DNA of 57,179 nt from Planctomycetota bacterium (GCA_044225365.1 JBGAIQ010000035.1:1-57179); one strand, 5' to 3'. Shown: positions 1 through 10,491, numbered from the stretch's first letter. Notes: generated by a model from the sequence alone, not told the origin. Numbers and translations are program-made.

Positions 1-1370
1 GTCGCCACTTCGGTGAGCAAGGAGTCGATCGCCGCACGTTGCAGCTCGTCGCGACCGCCGAGGACGAAAGCCAGTGACGTATCCTTGCGCTTCAGGCGAC
101 ACGGATGCGAACCGCCCTGGAGTTCCATTAGGTCGGGTTCGACTTCGACGAATTCACCGCCGTTACGGATCCTCACGGCTCGTTCGAGCGCAGCCGCGAG
201 CCGCCTCGCGGCGAAGCGATCGTCGCATTCGAAGCGCCATGCGTAGGCCTTCTCGCCGGTCTCCCGCTGGCGATAGACGCTGAGGAGATCGCCGCCCCAG
301 CCCTCGGCCGCATCGGCCGCCTGTCGCGGCGTGAGCGCACCTTCGAGAGCGTTGCGGATCCCGAACTCGCCCGCGACCTGCGTACTCTCCATCATGTACG
401 AGATGCCGACCAGGCCGGCGCGGCGACCCTCCTTCACGTCGACGGGCGGGTCGTCGATGTCGAGATACCGCTCGGGATGGAGCAACTGCTCCGACGACCG
501 CGGCGGGTCGTCGTAGACCGCTTCGAGGTTGCCCGTGGTCACTCGATCTCGAGCCTCGAGGTAGATCCGCGCCGCCGCGAATTCCCGGAGGATGTGGCGA
601 CGACGCTCGATGCCGCTCGTCTCGAGCAGGGATTCGAGGGCGCGACGCTCGGCGTCGGGGATGTCGGAGCGCGCGAGTTCGCGCGCGGGAGCGCCCTCGG
701 GATCGAGGAGCAACCGCTCGGTGAGCGCTGCGTGATAGCGCCTCACCGCCTGCTCGCCGGCATCGAGCGCCGAGATGGGCGACAACGACGCGTCGAGGAC
801 ACCGGCCTGCGCGCCTCCGACGACCGCGCCGAGGACTCCCTCCGCCATGTCGCGCGAGACCTTCTTGGAGCCGCGCATCGACTCGAGGTCGTATCGCTGA
901 CAGAGCAGCGCGCGAGCGAGCGCGTCGGTCCGCGCGAGGTCGAGATTGCGAGCGATGCGCGGCTCGCTCGGAGCGTTCGGCGAGGTCGGCGCATTCGTCA
1001 CCACGAGGCGTCCGGACTCGGGTTCGTAGGCATAGGCGATCCGGCGCGAGTTCATCGGCTGCGCGGAGGACGACGGCGCCTTGGCCTCGTCCGCGGCCCG
1101 GAACATCGTGAAGACCGACTGTTCGAAGGCGTCGGCGTTGCCGGCGCTGCGCTCGAGGAGCGAGTGCTTCGCGACCTCGGCGACGGCGGTGTCGGGGCGG
1201 GCCTCGCGAGCCGGCGGCGATTTGAACTTGGCGCCCATGGCCCGCTCGACGCGCTCGACGTCGTCGGCGAGCGACCCGTCGCCGCGCAGCGACGACTCCG
1301 GCAGGAACTGCAAGCACGCGGGAATCGCGACGAGCGGAAGGAGCAGTACGAGTCGTTCGGATCGCGTCAT
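1..1370 (-). CDS. Putative lipoprotein, zincin-like surface protein family (PxSxEQxxHPExY / GWGGD type); 3' end runs off the window
   Basis: Not in the ORF track because it is open at the window edge. Manual translation from ATG 1370 gives MTRSERLVLLLPLVAIPAC (lipobox-like), then YDDPPRSSEQLLHPERY, AGEFG, AAEGWGGD, with no stop to the edge. Confidence 0.7.
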   Translation of the reverse strand, partial: MTRSERLVLLLPLVAIPACLQFLPESSLRGDGSLADDVERVERAMGAKFKSPPAREARPDTAVAEVAKHSLLERSAGNADAFEQSVFTMFRAADEAKAPSSSAQPMNSRRIAYAYEPESGRLVVTNAPTSPNAPSEPRIARNLDLARTDALARALLCQRYDLESMRGSKKVSRDMAEGVLGAVVGGAQAGVLDASLSPISALDAGEQAVRRYHAALTERLLLDPEGAPARELARSDIPDAERRALESLLETSGIERRRHILREFAAARIYLEARDRVTTGNLEAVYDDPPRSSEQLLHPERYLDIDDPPVDVKEGRRAGLVGISYMMESTQVAGEFGIRNALEGALTPRQAADAAEGWGGDLLSVYRQRETGEKAYAWRFECDDRFAARRLAAALERAVRIRNGGEFVEVEPDLMELQGGSHPCRLKRKDTSLAFVLGGRDELQRAAIDSLLTEVA

Positions 1371-1544
1371 GAGATCAACTCGGGTCAGGTCGCCGGACCC
1401 GTCGGCATCGTCGGAAGTCGCCGGGTCGAACGACCCACGCGTTGCCGACCCATCACGAACCGTACGGGACCCAATCCGGCGGATCGGATCCCTTGGCGCC
1501 CAGTTCCCGATTCGCCTCTGCTCTTCGCGTCATCGATCGAGGAG

Positions 1545-1619
1545 TGGTAGCCCCGCCAGGACTCGAACCTGGAAACTCAGAATCAAAATCTGATGTGTTG
1601 CCAATTACACCACGGGGCT
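1545..1619 (-). tRNA. tRNA-Gln (anticodon TTG)
   Basis: Reverse complement folds as a cloverleaf: acceptor AGCCCCG/CGGGGCT, anticodon arm TCAGA-TTTTGAT-TCTGA, T-loop GGTTCGAGTCC, encoded CCA. Confidence 0.97.
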
Positions 1620-1681
1620 CCGAGCGCGCCGGGAACTGCTTTATCAAACCCGTCGCGGCGAGGCAAAGCCACGACGGAACT

Positions 1682-2938
1682 TCATTGCGATGACGAAGAG
1701 GACAGTGCTCGGCGCAACAGGTCGAGCGCGACCCGTGCTGCCCGCAATTGCACCGCTTCGCGATCACCGACGAAGCGCAGTTCCTTCGAATCGACGTGGC
1801 CCCGATCGTACACGCCGACGTGGACGAGGCCGACGGGTTTCGTCGCGGTACCGCCGCCCGGCCCGGCGATGCCGGTCACCGAAACGGCGATGTCGGCCCC
1901 GAGCCGAGTCGCGACGCCGCTTGCCATCGCCTTCGCGACCTCCGCGGAGACCGCGCCGTGCGCGGCGATGAGATTAGGGTCGACCCCCACGATCTGCTCC
2001 TTGACTTCGTTCGCGTACGCGACGACGCCACCGATGAAGACGTCGGACGAGCCCGCGATCGACGTGAGCGCGGCGGCGATCCTGCCCCCAGTGCACGATT
2101 CGGCGGTCGCGATGCGCCGCGAGCCCTTCCGCGCGAGTTCGATCACCGCCCGTTCGAGGGTCGTGTCGCCATGTCCGAAGACGTCGCTCCCGAGCCGCTT
2201 CTCGATCTCCCCGATCACGAAATCGACGCGCGCCGAATCGGCAGGCGACGCGCGGCGCGCCGTTGCCTTCACGGTGATGATCCCGCCCGAGACCGTGATC
2301 CCGACGTACGGATCCTTGTCCTCGCCCATGAACTCGGCGATGCGTTCGCCGGCGACCGACTCCGGAATGCCGTGACAACGCAGCTTGCGCATCGGCGGCG
2401 TCGCATGGGCGAAGCCGAGCTCGCGCAATCGCGGCAGCACCTCGTCGTCGAACATCCGCTTCATCTCGAAGGGCACGCCGGGCAGCAGGAAGACCACGGC
2501 ACCACGCAGCTTCGCGAAGACGCCGGGCGCCGTCCCGACGGGGTTCTTCAGCAACTCCGCGCCGCGGGGCCGCAGCGCCTGCAGCCGATTCGACTCCGAC
2601 ATCGGCCGCTGGTTGCGCGCGAAGATCGCTTCGATCTGCGAGAGAGCCTCGGGATCCTCGACGAGTTCGTCGCCGAGCGCGCGGGCGAGGCCGTCGCGAG
2701 TGAGATCGTCCCGCGTCGGACCGAGCCCGCCCGTCGAGACCACGATCGCGGCCCGCTGCGCTGCGTCGAGGAACGCGGCTGCAATGTCGGCCTCGACGTC
2801 GCCCACGGCGCGAAAGCCGCGTACGGCGATCCCGACCTCTTTCAGACGTCGAGAAATTTCGGCGGCATTGGAGTCGACGATATCGCCGCCGATCACTTCC
2901 TCGCCGATCGAGACGAGAATGGCACTGCGTCCGCGCAT
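1682..2938 (-). CDS. cinA: Competence/damage-inducible protein CinA (MoCF-like domain + PncC NMN deamidase)
   Basis: IGEE..GDIVDSN, TGGLGPTRDDLT, NPVGTAPG, LPGVP.EM, TAESCTGG, HGAVS, TGIAGPGGG..KPVG. ATG 2938 overlaps the tatC stop. Confidence 0.93.
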   Translation of the reverse strand: MRGRSAILVSIGEEVIGGDIVDSNAAEISRRLKEVGIAVRGFRAVGDVEADIAAAFLDAAQRAAIVVSTGGLGPTRDDLTRDGLARALGDELVEDPEALSQIEAIFARNQRPMSESNRLQALRPRGAELLKNPVGTAPGVFAKLRGAVVFLLPGVPFEMKRMFDDEVLPRLRELGFAHATPPMRKLRCHGIPESVAGERIAEFMGEDKDPYVGITVSGGIITVKATARRASPADSARVDFVIGEIEKRLGSDVFGHGDTTLERAVIELARKGSRRIATAESCTGGRIAAALTSIAGSSDVFIGGVVAYANEVKEQIVGVDPNLIAAHGAVSAEVAKAMASGVATRLGADIAVSVTGIAGPGGGTATKPVGLVHVGVYDRGHVDSKELRFVGDREAVQLRAARVALDLLRRALSSSSSQ

Positions 2939-3738
2939 CACGTCACCGCTTCCTTCGGCGTCATCCGCTTCGCGATCAGGATTCCGATCTCGAAGAGGAT
3001 GATCATCGGCAGCGTGACGGCGGTAAGGGTGTACGGATCGCCCGACGGCGTGAGGACCGCCGCCACGATCGTAGCGCCGAGGATGAACCCCTTGCGGTGC
3101 TGAGCCTGCGTCTTCGCGCTGAGGATTCCGAAGCGAGCGAGCGCGATCTGGAAGAGGGGAAGCTGGAACGTGAGTCCGAGCGCCAGATTCAGATTCGTGA
3201 AGATGTCGAGGTAGGTCTCGGTGCGCCAGGAGTTGTCGAACTTGTCGATGTCGATCCGCGCCAGGAATTCGAGCGTCATCGGCAGGAGGAATCCGTAGCA
3301 GAACGTGGCGCCGATGAGGAAGAGCGCGACGGAGTACGGCACGAAGCGCATCAGGATCTTGCGCTCCTTGGGGTAGAGCCCGACGGCGATGAAGCGCCAC
3401 AGCTCGTAGATCGCATACGGGCCGCCGAAGAACACCGCGGCATAGGTCGCGACGCGGAAATTGAAGAAGAAGCCCTCGGCGGGATCGATCCGTTCGAGTT
3501 TCGGAATGACGTGCCCTTCGAGCAGCAGCTTCGCGCGCAACTGCTCGAACGGCCGGATCACGAAGTCGGTGATGGGATCCGTGAACGCGAGGAAGAGCAC
3601 CATCAGTCCGACGAGAACGAGCGTCGCGCGGATCAGGTGCTTGCGCAGTTCGTCGAGGTGCTCTGCAAAGCTGAGCTTGTGGTCCCCGGGCGGACCCGCT
3701 TCGTCCTCGTCGTCGGCCGGCTTCTTCGCGTTCGCCAT
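2938..3738 (-). CDS. tatC: Twin-arginine translocase subunit TatC
   Basis: SFAEHLDELRKHL, ELWRFIAVGLYPKER, LGLTFQLP, AAVLTPSGDP; six hydrophobic segments. Confidence 0.95.
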   Translation of the reverse strand: MANAKKPADDEDEAGPPGDHKLSFAEHLDELRKHLIRATLVLVGLMVLFLAFTDPITDFVIRPFEQLRAKLLLEGHVIPKLERIDPAEGFFFNFRVATYAAVFFGGPYAIYELWRFIAVGLYPKERKILMRFVPYSVALFLIGATFCYGFLLPMTLEFLARIDIDKFDNSWRTETYLDIFTNLNLALGLTFQLPLFQIALARFGILSAKTQAQHRKGFILGATIVAAVLTPSGDPYTLTAVTLPMIILFEIGILIAKRMTPKEAVT

Positions 3739-3746
3739 GTTGACCC

Positions 3747-3784
3747 AAAAAAAAGCGGCCCCGGTGAAAGCCACCAGGGCCGCT
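3747..3784 (-). terminator. Intrinsic terminator-like hairpin with 8-nt U tract
   Basis: Minus strand AGCGGCCCTGGTG-GCTTT-CACCGGGGCCGC-TTTTTTTT. Confidence 0.8.
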
Positions 3785-3786
3785 CG

Positions 3787-3816
3787 ATTGTAGGGATCTC
3801 TCGGTGCGCGAATCAA
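3787..3816 (-). promoter_or_regulatory. Possible sigma70 promoter upstream of tatC
   Basis: Minus strand TTGATT-N18-TACAAT. Confidence 0.4.
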
Positions 3817-3866
3817 AATCCACGGGCGGCGAGTCGTCGCAGCCCGCGAATTCCTTCAGGCACGAA

Positions 3867-5093
3867 TCACGGACGGATGAAGCGCTCGATGTCGGAGAGC
3901 TTCATCGTCTGGACGCCGGTGTCGTGAGCGAGCTTGTAGTTCGGGTCTTCCGTCAGTTCCGGAGCGCCCTCTTCCGAGCCCTTCTCGCCGAGCACCAGGA
4001 AGTCCGTGTGCGCCGTGACCTTGTCCTCGACCTCGCAGCCGAGATCGCGCAGACGCTGCGCCAGGAACTCACGGCCGTAGGCCGGGAAGTTGCCGAGGAG
4101 CACGAACACGCGGGTGTGATTGCGAGTGAAGTGGGGATTCGCGATGACGTCGCCCGCCGCGATCGGATCGAGCTTGTTGAGCTCGGTCAGGATGCCGCCG
4201 GTCGAATGGTCGGTCGAGGTCTCGCGGACTTCGATCGTGCCCTTGCGCACCATCTCGCCGCCCTTGGCGTAGCGGAAGACGTCGAACTTGACGCCCGCGC
4301 GCAGCAGGTCGCGGCTTCCGATGTCGATGAACACGAGGCCCGTGTTCTTGCCGACGCTGATGATCTTGCCATCGGGCTCCATCGGACGCTCGTCGGTGCC
4401 GCCGATGCGAACCTTGTCCGCGAGCTCGCCGACGCGCGCCTTGGCCGAAGTCGTTTCCGCCTTGGACGCGCTCAGCAGCTTCTGATGCGCCGCTTCCGCC
4501 TCGTTCTTCTGAACGGTGGCGTCATCGATCTGGCGCTGGAAGTCCGCTGCGCGCGCTTCGGCCTGGGTCTGGGCCTGCGTGAGCAGGTTCCGCTGATCGC
4601 CGAGGTCGCGGTTGACGTTGTCGAGTTGCTCCTGGACGGAGTGGTTCGCGGTGTCGCGAGCCGCTTCCGCCGCCGTGCGCGCCGCGAGCTCCGTCGCCGC
4701 GCTCTGCGTGGCCTCGCCGGCGACGCGCTCCCACTTCTCGGCGATCGCCTTCAGGCGATCGCACATGTTCTCGAGGGTCGTATCCGCCTGTCCGATGTCG
4801 TTCGGGTAGCGGGTACGGAGTTCGTCGATCTTCGCCTGCGCCGTCGCCGGCGAGCTGACGCTCCCCTTGTCCGGGCTGAAGCCGACGACCTTCGTCAGCG
4901 CCTGCATCGCGTCGACCTTCTCCTGGAGACGCTTCGCCGACGCATCTTCGGTCGCCTTCATCTCGGCGATCGTAGCACGGAGCTTCGTCACATCCTGACT
5001 CTGCACGAACGACGCGCCGACCGCGCCGAGGAACAGAACGATCACGAACACCAACCACATGGCGTTGACTGCGCCGCGCTCACGCTGCGTCAT
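3867..5093 (-). CDS. Membrane-anchored coiled-coil protein with beta-barrel-like domain and C-terminal BRCT domain
   Basis: GGAGGT SD before ATG 5093; N-terminal TM; long heptad Ala/Gln/Glu region; C-terminal FVLLG...LGCEVEDKVTAHTDFLVLGE...A...GV..M (BRCT pattern). Confidence 0.75.
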   Translation of the reverse strand: MTQRERGAVNAMWLVFVIVLFLGAVGASFVQSQDVTKLRATIAEMKATEDASAKRLQEKVDAMQALTKVVGFSPDKGSVSSPATAQAKIDELRTRYPNDIGQADTTLENMCDRLKAIAEKWERVAGEATQSAATELAARTAAEAARDTANHSVQEQLDNVNRDLGDQRNLLTQAQTQAEARAADFQRQIDDATVQKNEAEAAHQKLLSASKAETTSAKARVGELADKVRIGGTDERPMEPDGKIISVGKNTGLVFIDIGSRDLLRAGVKFDVFRYAKGGEMVRKGTIEVRETSTDHSTGGILTELNKLDPIAAGDVIANPHFTRNHTRVFVLLGNFPAYGREFLAQRLRDLGCEVEDKVTAHTDFLVLGEKGSEEGAPELTEDPNYKLAHDTGVQTMKLSDIERFIRP

Positions 5094-5361
5094 GAAGCGA
5101 CCTCCGAGCCGATTCGGGCCCACCGGAATACACATCGTTCGTCTCTCAACTCACACTGACGGGCGCGCATCGCACGATGCATTCGCCCGCTCGTGACCGC
5201 TTCTTCTCGTGCTCACACGGCTCGTGTTCACACGTCTGCGCGCACGGCTCTTCACCCGCTTTCACGTCCGTCGCGATCGATCCACACGGATCGGCCGTTC
5301 CGAAGTCGATGCAGGCAGCCAACGCACGCACGAAGATCGCGTCCGGGCGGAAAAGCGTGAC

Positions 5362-5389
5362 AATATAGGAACGACTCTTCGGGAAGCAA
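5362..5389 (-). promoter_or_regulatory. Possible sigma70 promoter for the BRCT-protein gene
   Basis: Minus strand TTGCTT-N16-TATATT in a divergent intergenic region. Confidence 0.35.
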
Positions 5390-5462
5390 CGCCGGAATTC
5401 TCGGGCGCGCCCTCGCTCCGATGAACCGGGGTACCGGGGTCGGGCGCGGGGCGATGATGCGC

Positions 5463-5491
5463 TTGACTTCCCCGTGCCTCGGCCATACGCT
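5463..5491 (+). promoter_or_regulatory. Possible sigma70 promoter for coaE-rho
   Basis: TTGACT-N17-TACGCT. Confidence 0.45.
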
Positions 5492-5666
5492 TGGATCCAC
5501 CATCGGGGGAGTGGATCGGCAGCAATTCCTTCCTCTCCCGGCATAACCCCCCTCCGCGCGACCCTCCTGCGGTCGATTCGATCGACGGTCCCGATTCGTC
5601 GAAACCGGACGCTCCTCACGAAGCAGCGCGGTCCATCACACCCCTCGTTCGTCGCCCGCCCATCGC

Positions 5667-6308
5667 ATGGAGCGCGTCAAGGTCCTGGGAATTCTCGGCG
5701 GCATCGGAAGCGGCAAGTCAACGATCGGCGCCATGTTCGCCGATCTTGGCGCCGTCGTCCTCGACGCCGACCGTATCGCTCATGAATGCCTTACTCACGA
5801 CGACGTGAAAGAGAGCATCCGCCAGCGCTTCGGCGCCACGGTCTTCGACGGCGACGCGATCGATCGCGCCGCATTGGGGAAGCGCGTGTTCGATTCGAAC
5901 GCCGAACGACGCGCGCTCGAATCGATCGTCCATCCGTGTGTGCGCGAGTCGATCGAGCGTCGCCTGCAGCAAGCGCGAAACGATCCTCGAGTCCCGCTCG
6001 TGGTCCTCGACGTGCCGCTGCTCCTCGAATCCCCGCTGAACCATGCGTGCGATGCGCGCGTCTTCGTCGACGCCCCGCGCGACGAGCGCTTGCGGCGCGT
6101 GATGACGACGCGCGGTTGGGACGAGACCGAACTCGATCGTCGCGAACGTGCCCAGATCGCGCTCGACGCGAAGCGCCGCGCGGCCGATCACGTGATCGCG
6201 AATTCCGGCCCTCTCGACGCGGTGCGCAGCGCCGTGCAAGCCGTGTTCGCCGCGGTCACTCGCGATCGAGCCCCGAGCGAATCCGATCCGAGCCCAGGTG
6301 CGCGATGA
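5667..6308 (+). CDS. coaE: Dephospho-CoA kinase
   Basis: [13 protein letters not shown]-loop, DADRIAH, IDRAALG..VF, LESIVHP.V, DVPLLLE. Confidence 0.95.
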   Translation: MERVKVLGILGGIGSGKSTIGAMFADLGAVVLDADRIAHECLTHDDVKESIRQRFGATVFDGDAIDRAALGKRVFDSNAERRALESIVHPCVRESIERRLQQARNDPRVPLVVLDVPLLLESPLNHACDARVFVDAPRDERLRRVMTTRGWDETELDRRERAQIALDAKRRAADHVIANSGPLDAVRSAVQAVFAAVTRDRAPSESDPSPGAR

Positions 6309-6399
6309 CGCTCCCGGGATGCTCTTCGCCGTTCACGAATCACGATCGGCCCGCGTGCCGAACCCGCCCGTCCAAGCCCGTAGTCATGGAGCGAATCTG

Positions 6400-8781
6400 A
6401 TGTCACCCAGGGAACCGTCGCCTCGCAAACCGCCAGGACGTAAGAAGGGCGCCGCGACTCCCGGTCCGCGAGGACGCCGCCGCAGCGCTCCGAGGGAGGG
6501 CGAGGGCGAGCACCTCGAACTCGCGCCCGACGCCGGCGACGACGAAGCGCCCGGGCGCCGTGAGACCCCGGCGCCCGAGTCCGAAGCGCCGGGCAAGCGC
6601 CGCGGCCGCGGGGGTCGGGGCGATGCCGGCCGCGGTGACCGCGAGTCGCGCGACGATTCCGATTCCGCGCCGGACGCTCACTCCGCGCACACCACCGAGC
6701 GGCCTTCGATCACCGAAGAGGTGTTGGCTTCCGAGGTCGCCGACGCGCGCGACGAGCGTGACTACGCCGAGCGCGAACACTCCCGCCACGCGCCGCCCGC
6801 TGCGGAGCGTGACGATCGCCATCGCGATGACGGGGACCGGGAGCACCGCGATGCTCGCGGCCGGGACCACCGCTCCGAACACGAGGGGCGCGGTGGGCGC
6901 GGTGGCCGGGACGATCGCGGCGATCGACACGGCGGTCGCGATCGAGGGCAAGACCGGCAAGATCGAATGGAGCAAGGCACCTTGTTCGACCGCGGCGGCG
7001 AACCTCCCGCCGGAGCCGAACACGACGACCTGGACGCTAACGATCATGGCGATGGCGGCGACCCCGAACACGCTCCCCACGCCGACGAATCCGCACCACC
7101 GTTCCATGGCTCCCATGGCCGCGGTGGTGATTCGCGGGGCGGTGGACGCCCGGATTTCGATCGCGGCGGACGCCACGATCGCGGGCCGCGTCACGATGAG
7201 CGCGGATCTCGCCACGACGATCGCGGTAATGGAGGACGCGGCGGGCGCGGCGACCGCGGTGGCTTCGATCGCCACGGGCGACGCCAGGACCGCGGACGCG
7301 GCCACGATCGCGGACGCGACCGCGGCCCCGACCGTGGACAGGAACGCGGCATGGACCGCGGTCCCGATCGCGGTGGATTCGAGCGCGGCAACGAACGCGG
7401 ACCGGAGCGCAATCAGGACAGCGAGGATCCGCGGTACGAGATCCGGACCAACGTCGAGATCCCGACGACGCCTCCGGAAGCGGGCTCCCCCGCCGCCTGG
7501 TACCAGTCGACGAAGTCCGGCACGATCTATCTCTCCGACCTGCAGAAGATGCCGCTCGAGAGCCTGTGCCAGATCGCGCTCTACGAAGGCATCGAGATCG
7601 GCAGCGCCGTCAAGAAGCAGGACCTGATCTTCCGTCTCATCAAGCGTCGCGCGTTCGACGAAGGCGTGATGATGGGCGAAGGCGTGCTCGAGATCCTGCC
7701 CGACGGCTTCGGCTTCCTCCGTTCGCCGGATTACTCGTACATCGCGTCGCCCGACGACATCTACATCTCCCCGTCGCAGATCCGTCGCTTCTCCTTACGC
7801 ACGGGACAGGTGATCAAGGGTCAGATCCGCAGCCCGAAGGACAACGAGAAGTACTTCGCGCTGCTGCGCATCGAGACCATCAACTACGAAGACCCGGATC
7901 GCGCGGGACGCGTCACTCCGTTCGAGGATCTCACGCCCCTCTATCCCGAGGAACGATTCGTCCTCGAGACGACGCCGACCGAGATCGCGATGCGCATCGT
8001 CGACCTCGTCGCACCGATCGGCAAGGGACAGCGCGGTCTCATCATCGCGCCCCCGAGAACGGGTAAGACGATCCTCCTGCAGAAGATCGCGAACGCGATC
8101 ACGACCAACAATCCCGAGGTCTACCTCATGGTGTTGCTCATCGACGAGCGCCCCGAAGAGGTGACCGACATGCGTCGCAACGTGAAGGGCGAAGTCATCT
8201 CGTCGACGTTCGACGAACCGCCGTCGCGCCACATCCTCGTCGCGGAGATGGTGATCGAGAAGGCGAAGCGCCTCGTCGAGCACGGCCGCGACGTCGTGAT
8301 CCTCCTCGACTCGATCACCCGACTCGGGCGAGCCTACAACGCCGAAGCGCCCCATTCGGGCAAGATCCTCTCCGGCGGCATCGACGCGTCCGCACTGCAG
8401 AAGCCGAAGCGCTTCTTCGGCGCGGCGCGCAACATCGAGTTCGGCGGATCGCTCACGATCATGGCGACGGGTCTCATCGAGACCGGGTCGCGCATGGACG
8501 AAGTGATCTTCGAGGAGTTCAAGGGCACGGGCAACATGGAACTCCACCTCGACCGAAGGCTCGCCGACAAGCGCGTGTGGCCCGCGATCGACATCAATCG
8601 TTCCGGTACGCGCAAGGAAGACCTGCTGTTCAAGCCCGAGGAACTCAAGCTCGTCTGGATCCTCCGCAAGGTCCTGAACGAGATGAATCCGATCGAGTCG
8701 ATGGAACTCTTCGTCGACAAGATGAAGAAGACGAAGAGCAACGCCGAGTTCCTGATGGCGATGGGCGGCGGCCACATGTGA
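6400..8781 (+). CDS. rho: Transcription termination factor Rho with long disordered N-terminal extension
   Basis: [68 protein letters not shown]. Start uncertain (6400 preferred). Confidence 0.97.
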   Translation: MSPREPSPRKPPGRKKGAATPGPRGRRRSAPREGEGEHLELAPDAGDDEAPGRRETPAPESEAPGKRRGRGGRGDAGRGDRESRDDSDSAPDAHSAHTTERPSITEEVLASEVADARDERDYAEREHSRHAPPAAERDDRHRDDGDREHRDARGRDHRSEHEGRGGRGGRDDRGDRHGGRDRGQDRQDRMEQGTLFDRGGEPPAGAEHDDLDANDHGDGGDPEHAPHADESAPPFHGSHGRGGDSRGGGRPDFDRGGRHDRGPRHDERGSRHDDRGNGGRGGRGDRGGFDRHGRRQDRGRGHDRGRDRGPDRGQERGMDRGPDRGGFERGNERGPERNQDSEDPRYEIRTNVEIPTTPPEAGSPAAWYQSTKSGTIYLSDLQKMPLESLCQIALYEGIEIGSAVKKQDLIFRLIKRRAFDEGVMMGEGVLEILPDGFGFLRSPDYSYIASPDDIYISPSQIRRFSLRTGQVIKGQIRSPKDNEKYFALLRIETINYEDPDRAGRVTPFEDLTPLYPEERFVLETTPTEIAMRIVDLVAPIGKGQRGLIIAPPRTGKTILLQKIANAITTNNPEVYLMVLLIDERPEEVTDMRRNVKGEVISSTFDEPPSRHILVAEMVIEKAKRLVEHGRDVVILLDSITRLGRAYNAEAPHSGKILSGGIDASALQKPKRFFGAARNIEFGGSLTIMATGLIETGSRMDEVIFEEFKGTGNMELHLDRRLADKRVWPAIDINRSGTRKEDLLFKPEELKLVWILRKVLNEMNPIESMELFVDKMKKTKSNAEFLMAMGGGHM

Positions 8782-8808
8782 ACGAGGCCCGAGACCGGAG
8801 CGTGCGAT

Positions 8809-10491
8809 TCAGTTCGAGCTGACCACTCGCACCAGCGCGAGGAACTCCTCGCGCGATTCGCCCCCGACGGACTCGACCCGCGAGGATCCGCCCCCGAAGG
8901 CGCGCTTCTCGACGGCATCGAAGTAACGCTCGATCCTTTCTCGAATGGAAGGATCGAGCGTTCGCATGACCGCGTCGCGCTGACTCGACGCCGGGAAGAC
9001 CGCGCCGGGATCGCAATGCAGACGGATCGCTAGACCGCGCGCGAAATCGCGGGCCGTGTCCAGATCGAACGGATCGACGACGGTGGCGAGCCGCTCCGCG
9101 ATCGCCCGCAGTTCGATCTCGCCGCCCACGCTTCCTCTCGATTCGCCGGGCACCGCGCGACGTCGCCGCGAGGATCGCACCCACGCCTGTTGGACGGCGT
9201 ACGACACCACCGCGCCGAGGATCGCGATCAGGACCTTCTTCGCGATCCCACCGCTCCGCTCCTTCTCATCGCCGCGGGCCACGGGCACATCGTGCGTCGA
9301 CGGCACCACGACGTGGAGCGGCAGCGCCGGCGTGCGCAGCTCGCGATAACCCCGAGTCGCCGGATCGTAGGACGCGAACGCGATCGGCGGGACGCCCTCG
9401 CGCGGCGCCGAAGCCGCGATCTCGAATTCCATCGTCAGCCGATCGCTCGCTCCGCCCGAGCCTTCCCGGTTCTTGGCGAGGCGCTGATCGTTTCGACCGA
9501 GCACGCGAAAGCCCTCGATCCGCGGCGCGTTCGTGAAGATCGCGTGGAGCAAATTCGTGGTGCGGCCCTCCATCGGTTCCACCCCGATCGAGAGGCGCAC
9601 GATCTCGCCCACGAAGACGGTCTCGCGATCGACACTCGCCGACAACGCGAAATCCCCGACGGCATCGACGAACTCCTTGGGAGCGCCGGGCGGCAGGGGT
9701 CGCACCTCGATCTCGATCGGACGCGCGGCGAGGACTTTCGGCGATTCCGCCGTCGGCCCGTACTCGAACGTCGACCCCGAGAGATCGAGGCGGGATGGGC
9801 GGGATGCGAATACCCGCAGGACGCCACGTCGCGCCGGCGTCCCCTCCGACCCCTCCAATTTGGAAAGGACGACGCCCACCGTCGCGCGGCTACCGACGAC
9901 CTCGATTGCATTGCGGGTCGGGCCCGTGTCCTTTAGGGATGGGAACTCCGCGATCGTCAGGGAATCGAGCCACGGCAGACGCAGACGCGCACCCGCAGGC
10001 GGTTCGGCGCCGAGCTGAAACTCGACCTCGAACACCTCGCCGACGACGGTTTCGCTCCTGCCGACCGATACTTCGAACGCGAGCGACGACGCTGCTTCTC
10101 GGCCGACGACGAGACGCTCCTCGGAGACGTTTAGAGCGAGGTCACTGCGCAGCACGACTTGGATCCCGCCGATGCGAAAGGAACCCTCGACGAGCGGTCG
10201 GATCGAGATCACGAAGGACGATTGGAGTTCGCCCGTCGCCCCGTCGAGCGTCGTGACCGGGCCGGGTTCGAGTTCGAGCGCGAGCCCCTCGATGTGCGGC
10301 AATTCGTCGATCTCGGCATCGGCCGCACCTGGACCGCGTACCTCGACGAGCAACCGAGCGGTTCCGCCAAGAGCGATGCTCGCAGAATCGAGGTGCGAGC
10401 GAATTCGCGAATCCTCGACCACGGGCGCCCCGATGGCGGCGGTCGCGAGGATCGCGGAGACGATCACGACTCGAAGGGCGAAGGAGCGCAT
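8809..10491 (-). CDS. batD: BatD-family (oxygen-tolerance, Ig-like) protein
   Basis: Signal peptide [21 protein letters not shown]; [22 protein letters not shown]; [14 protein letters not shown]; C-terminal TM; last gene of the Bat operon. Confidence 0.75.
   Translation of the reverse strand: MRSFALRVVIVSAILATAAIGAPVVEDSRIRSHLDSASIALGGTARLLVEVRGPGAADAEIDELPHIEGLALELEPGPVTTLDGATGELQSSFVISIRPLVEGSFRIGGIQVVLRSDLALNVSEERLVVGREAASSLAFEVSVGRSETVVGEVFEVEFQLGAEPPAGARLRLPWLDSLTIAEFPSLKDTGPTRNAIEVVGSRATVGVVLSKLEGSEGTPARRGVLRVFASRPSRLDLSGSTFEYGPTAESPKVLAARPIEIEVRPLPPGAPKEFVDAVGDFALSASVDRETVFVGEIVRLSIGVEPMEGRTTNLLHAIFTNAPRIEGFRVLGRNDQRLAKNREGSGGASDRLTMEFEIAASAPREGVPPIAFASYDPATRGYRELRTPALPLHVVVPSTHDVPVARGDEKERSGGIAKKVLIAILGAVVSYAVQQAWVRSSRRRRAVPGESRGSVGGEIELRAIAERLATVVDPFDLDTARDFARGLAIRLHCDPGAVFPASSQRDAVMRTLDPSIRERIERYFDAVEKRAFGGGSSRVESVGGESREEFLALVRVVSSN

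Noticed and set aside
1682-3823. 713-aa ORF suggesting a fusion to CinA
   Set aside because: The N-terminal 295 aa are an off-frame shadow of tatC; CinA homology starts at ATG 2938.
7200-7420. CRISPR-like or VNTR DNA repeat
   Set aside because: Degenerate in-frame 12-nt coding repeats within rho; no spacer structure and no cas genes in the window.
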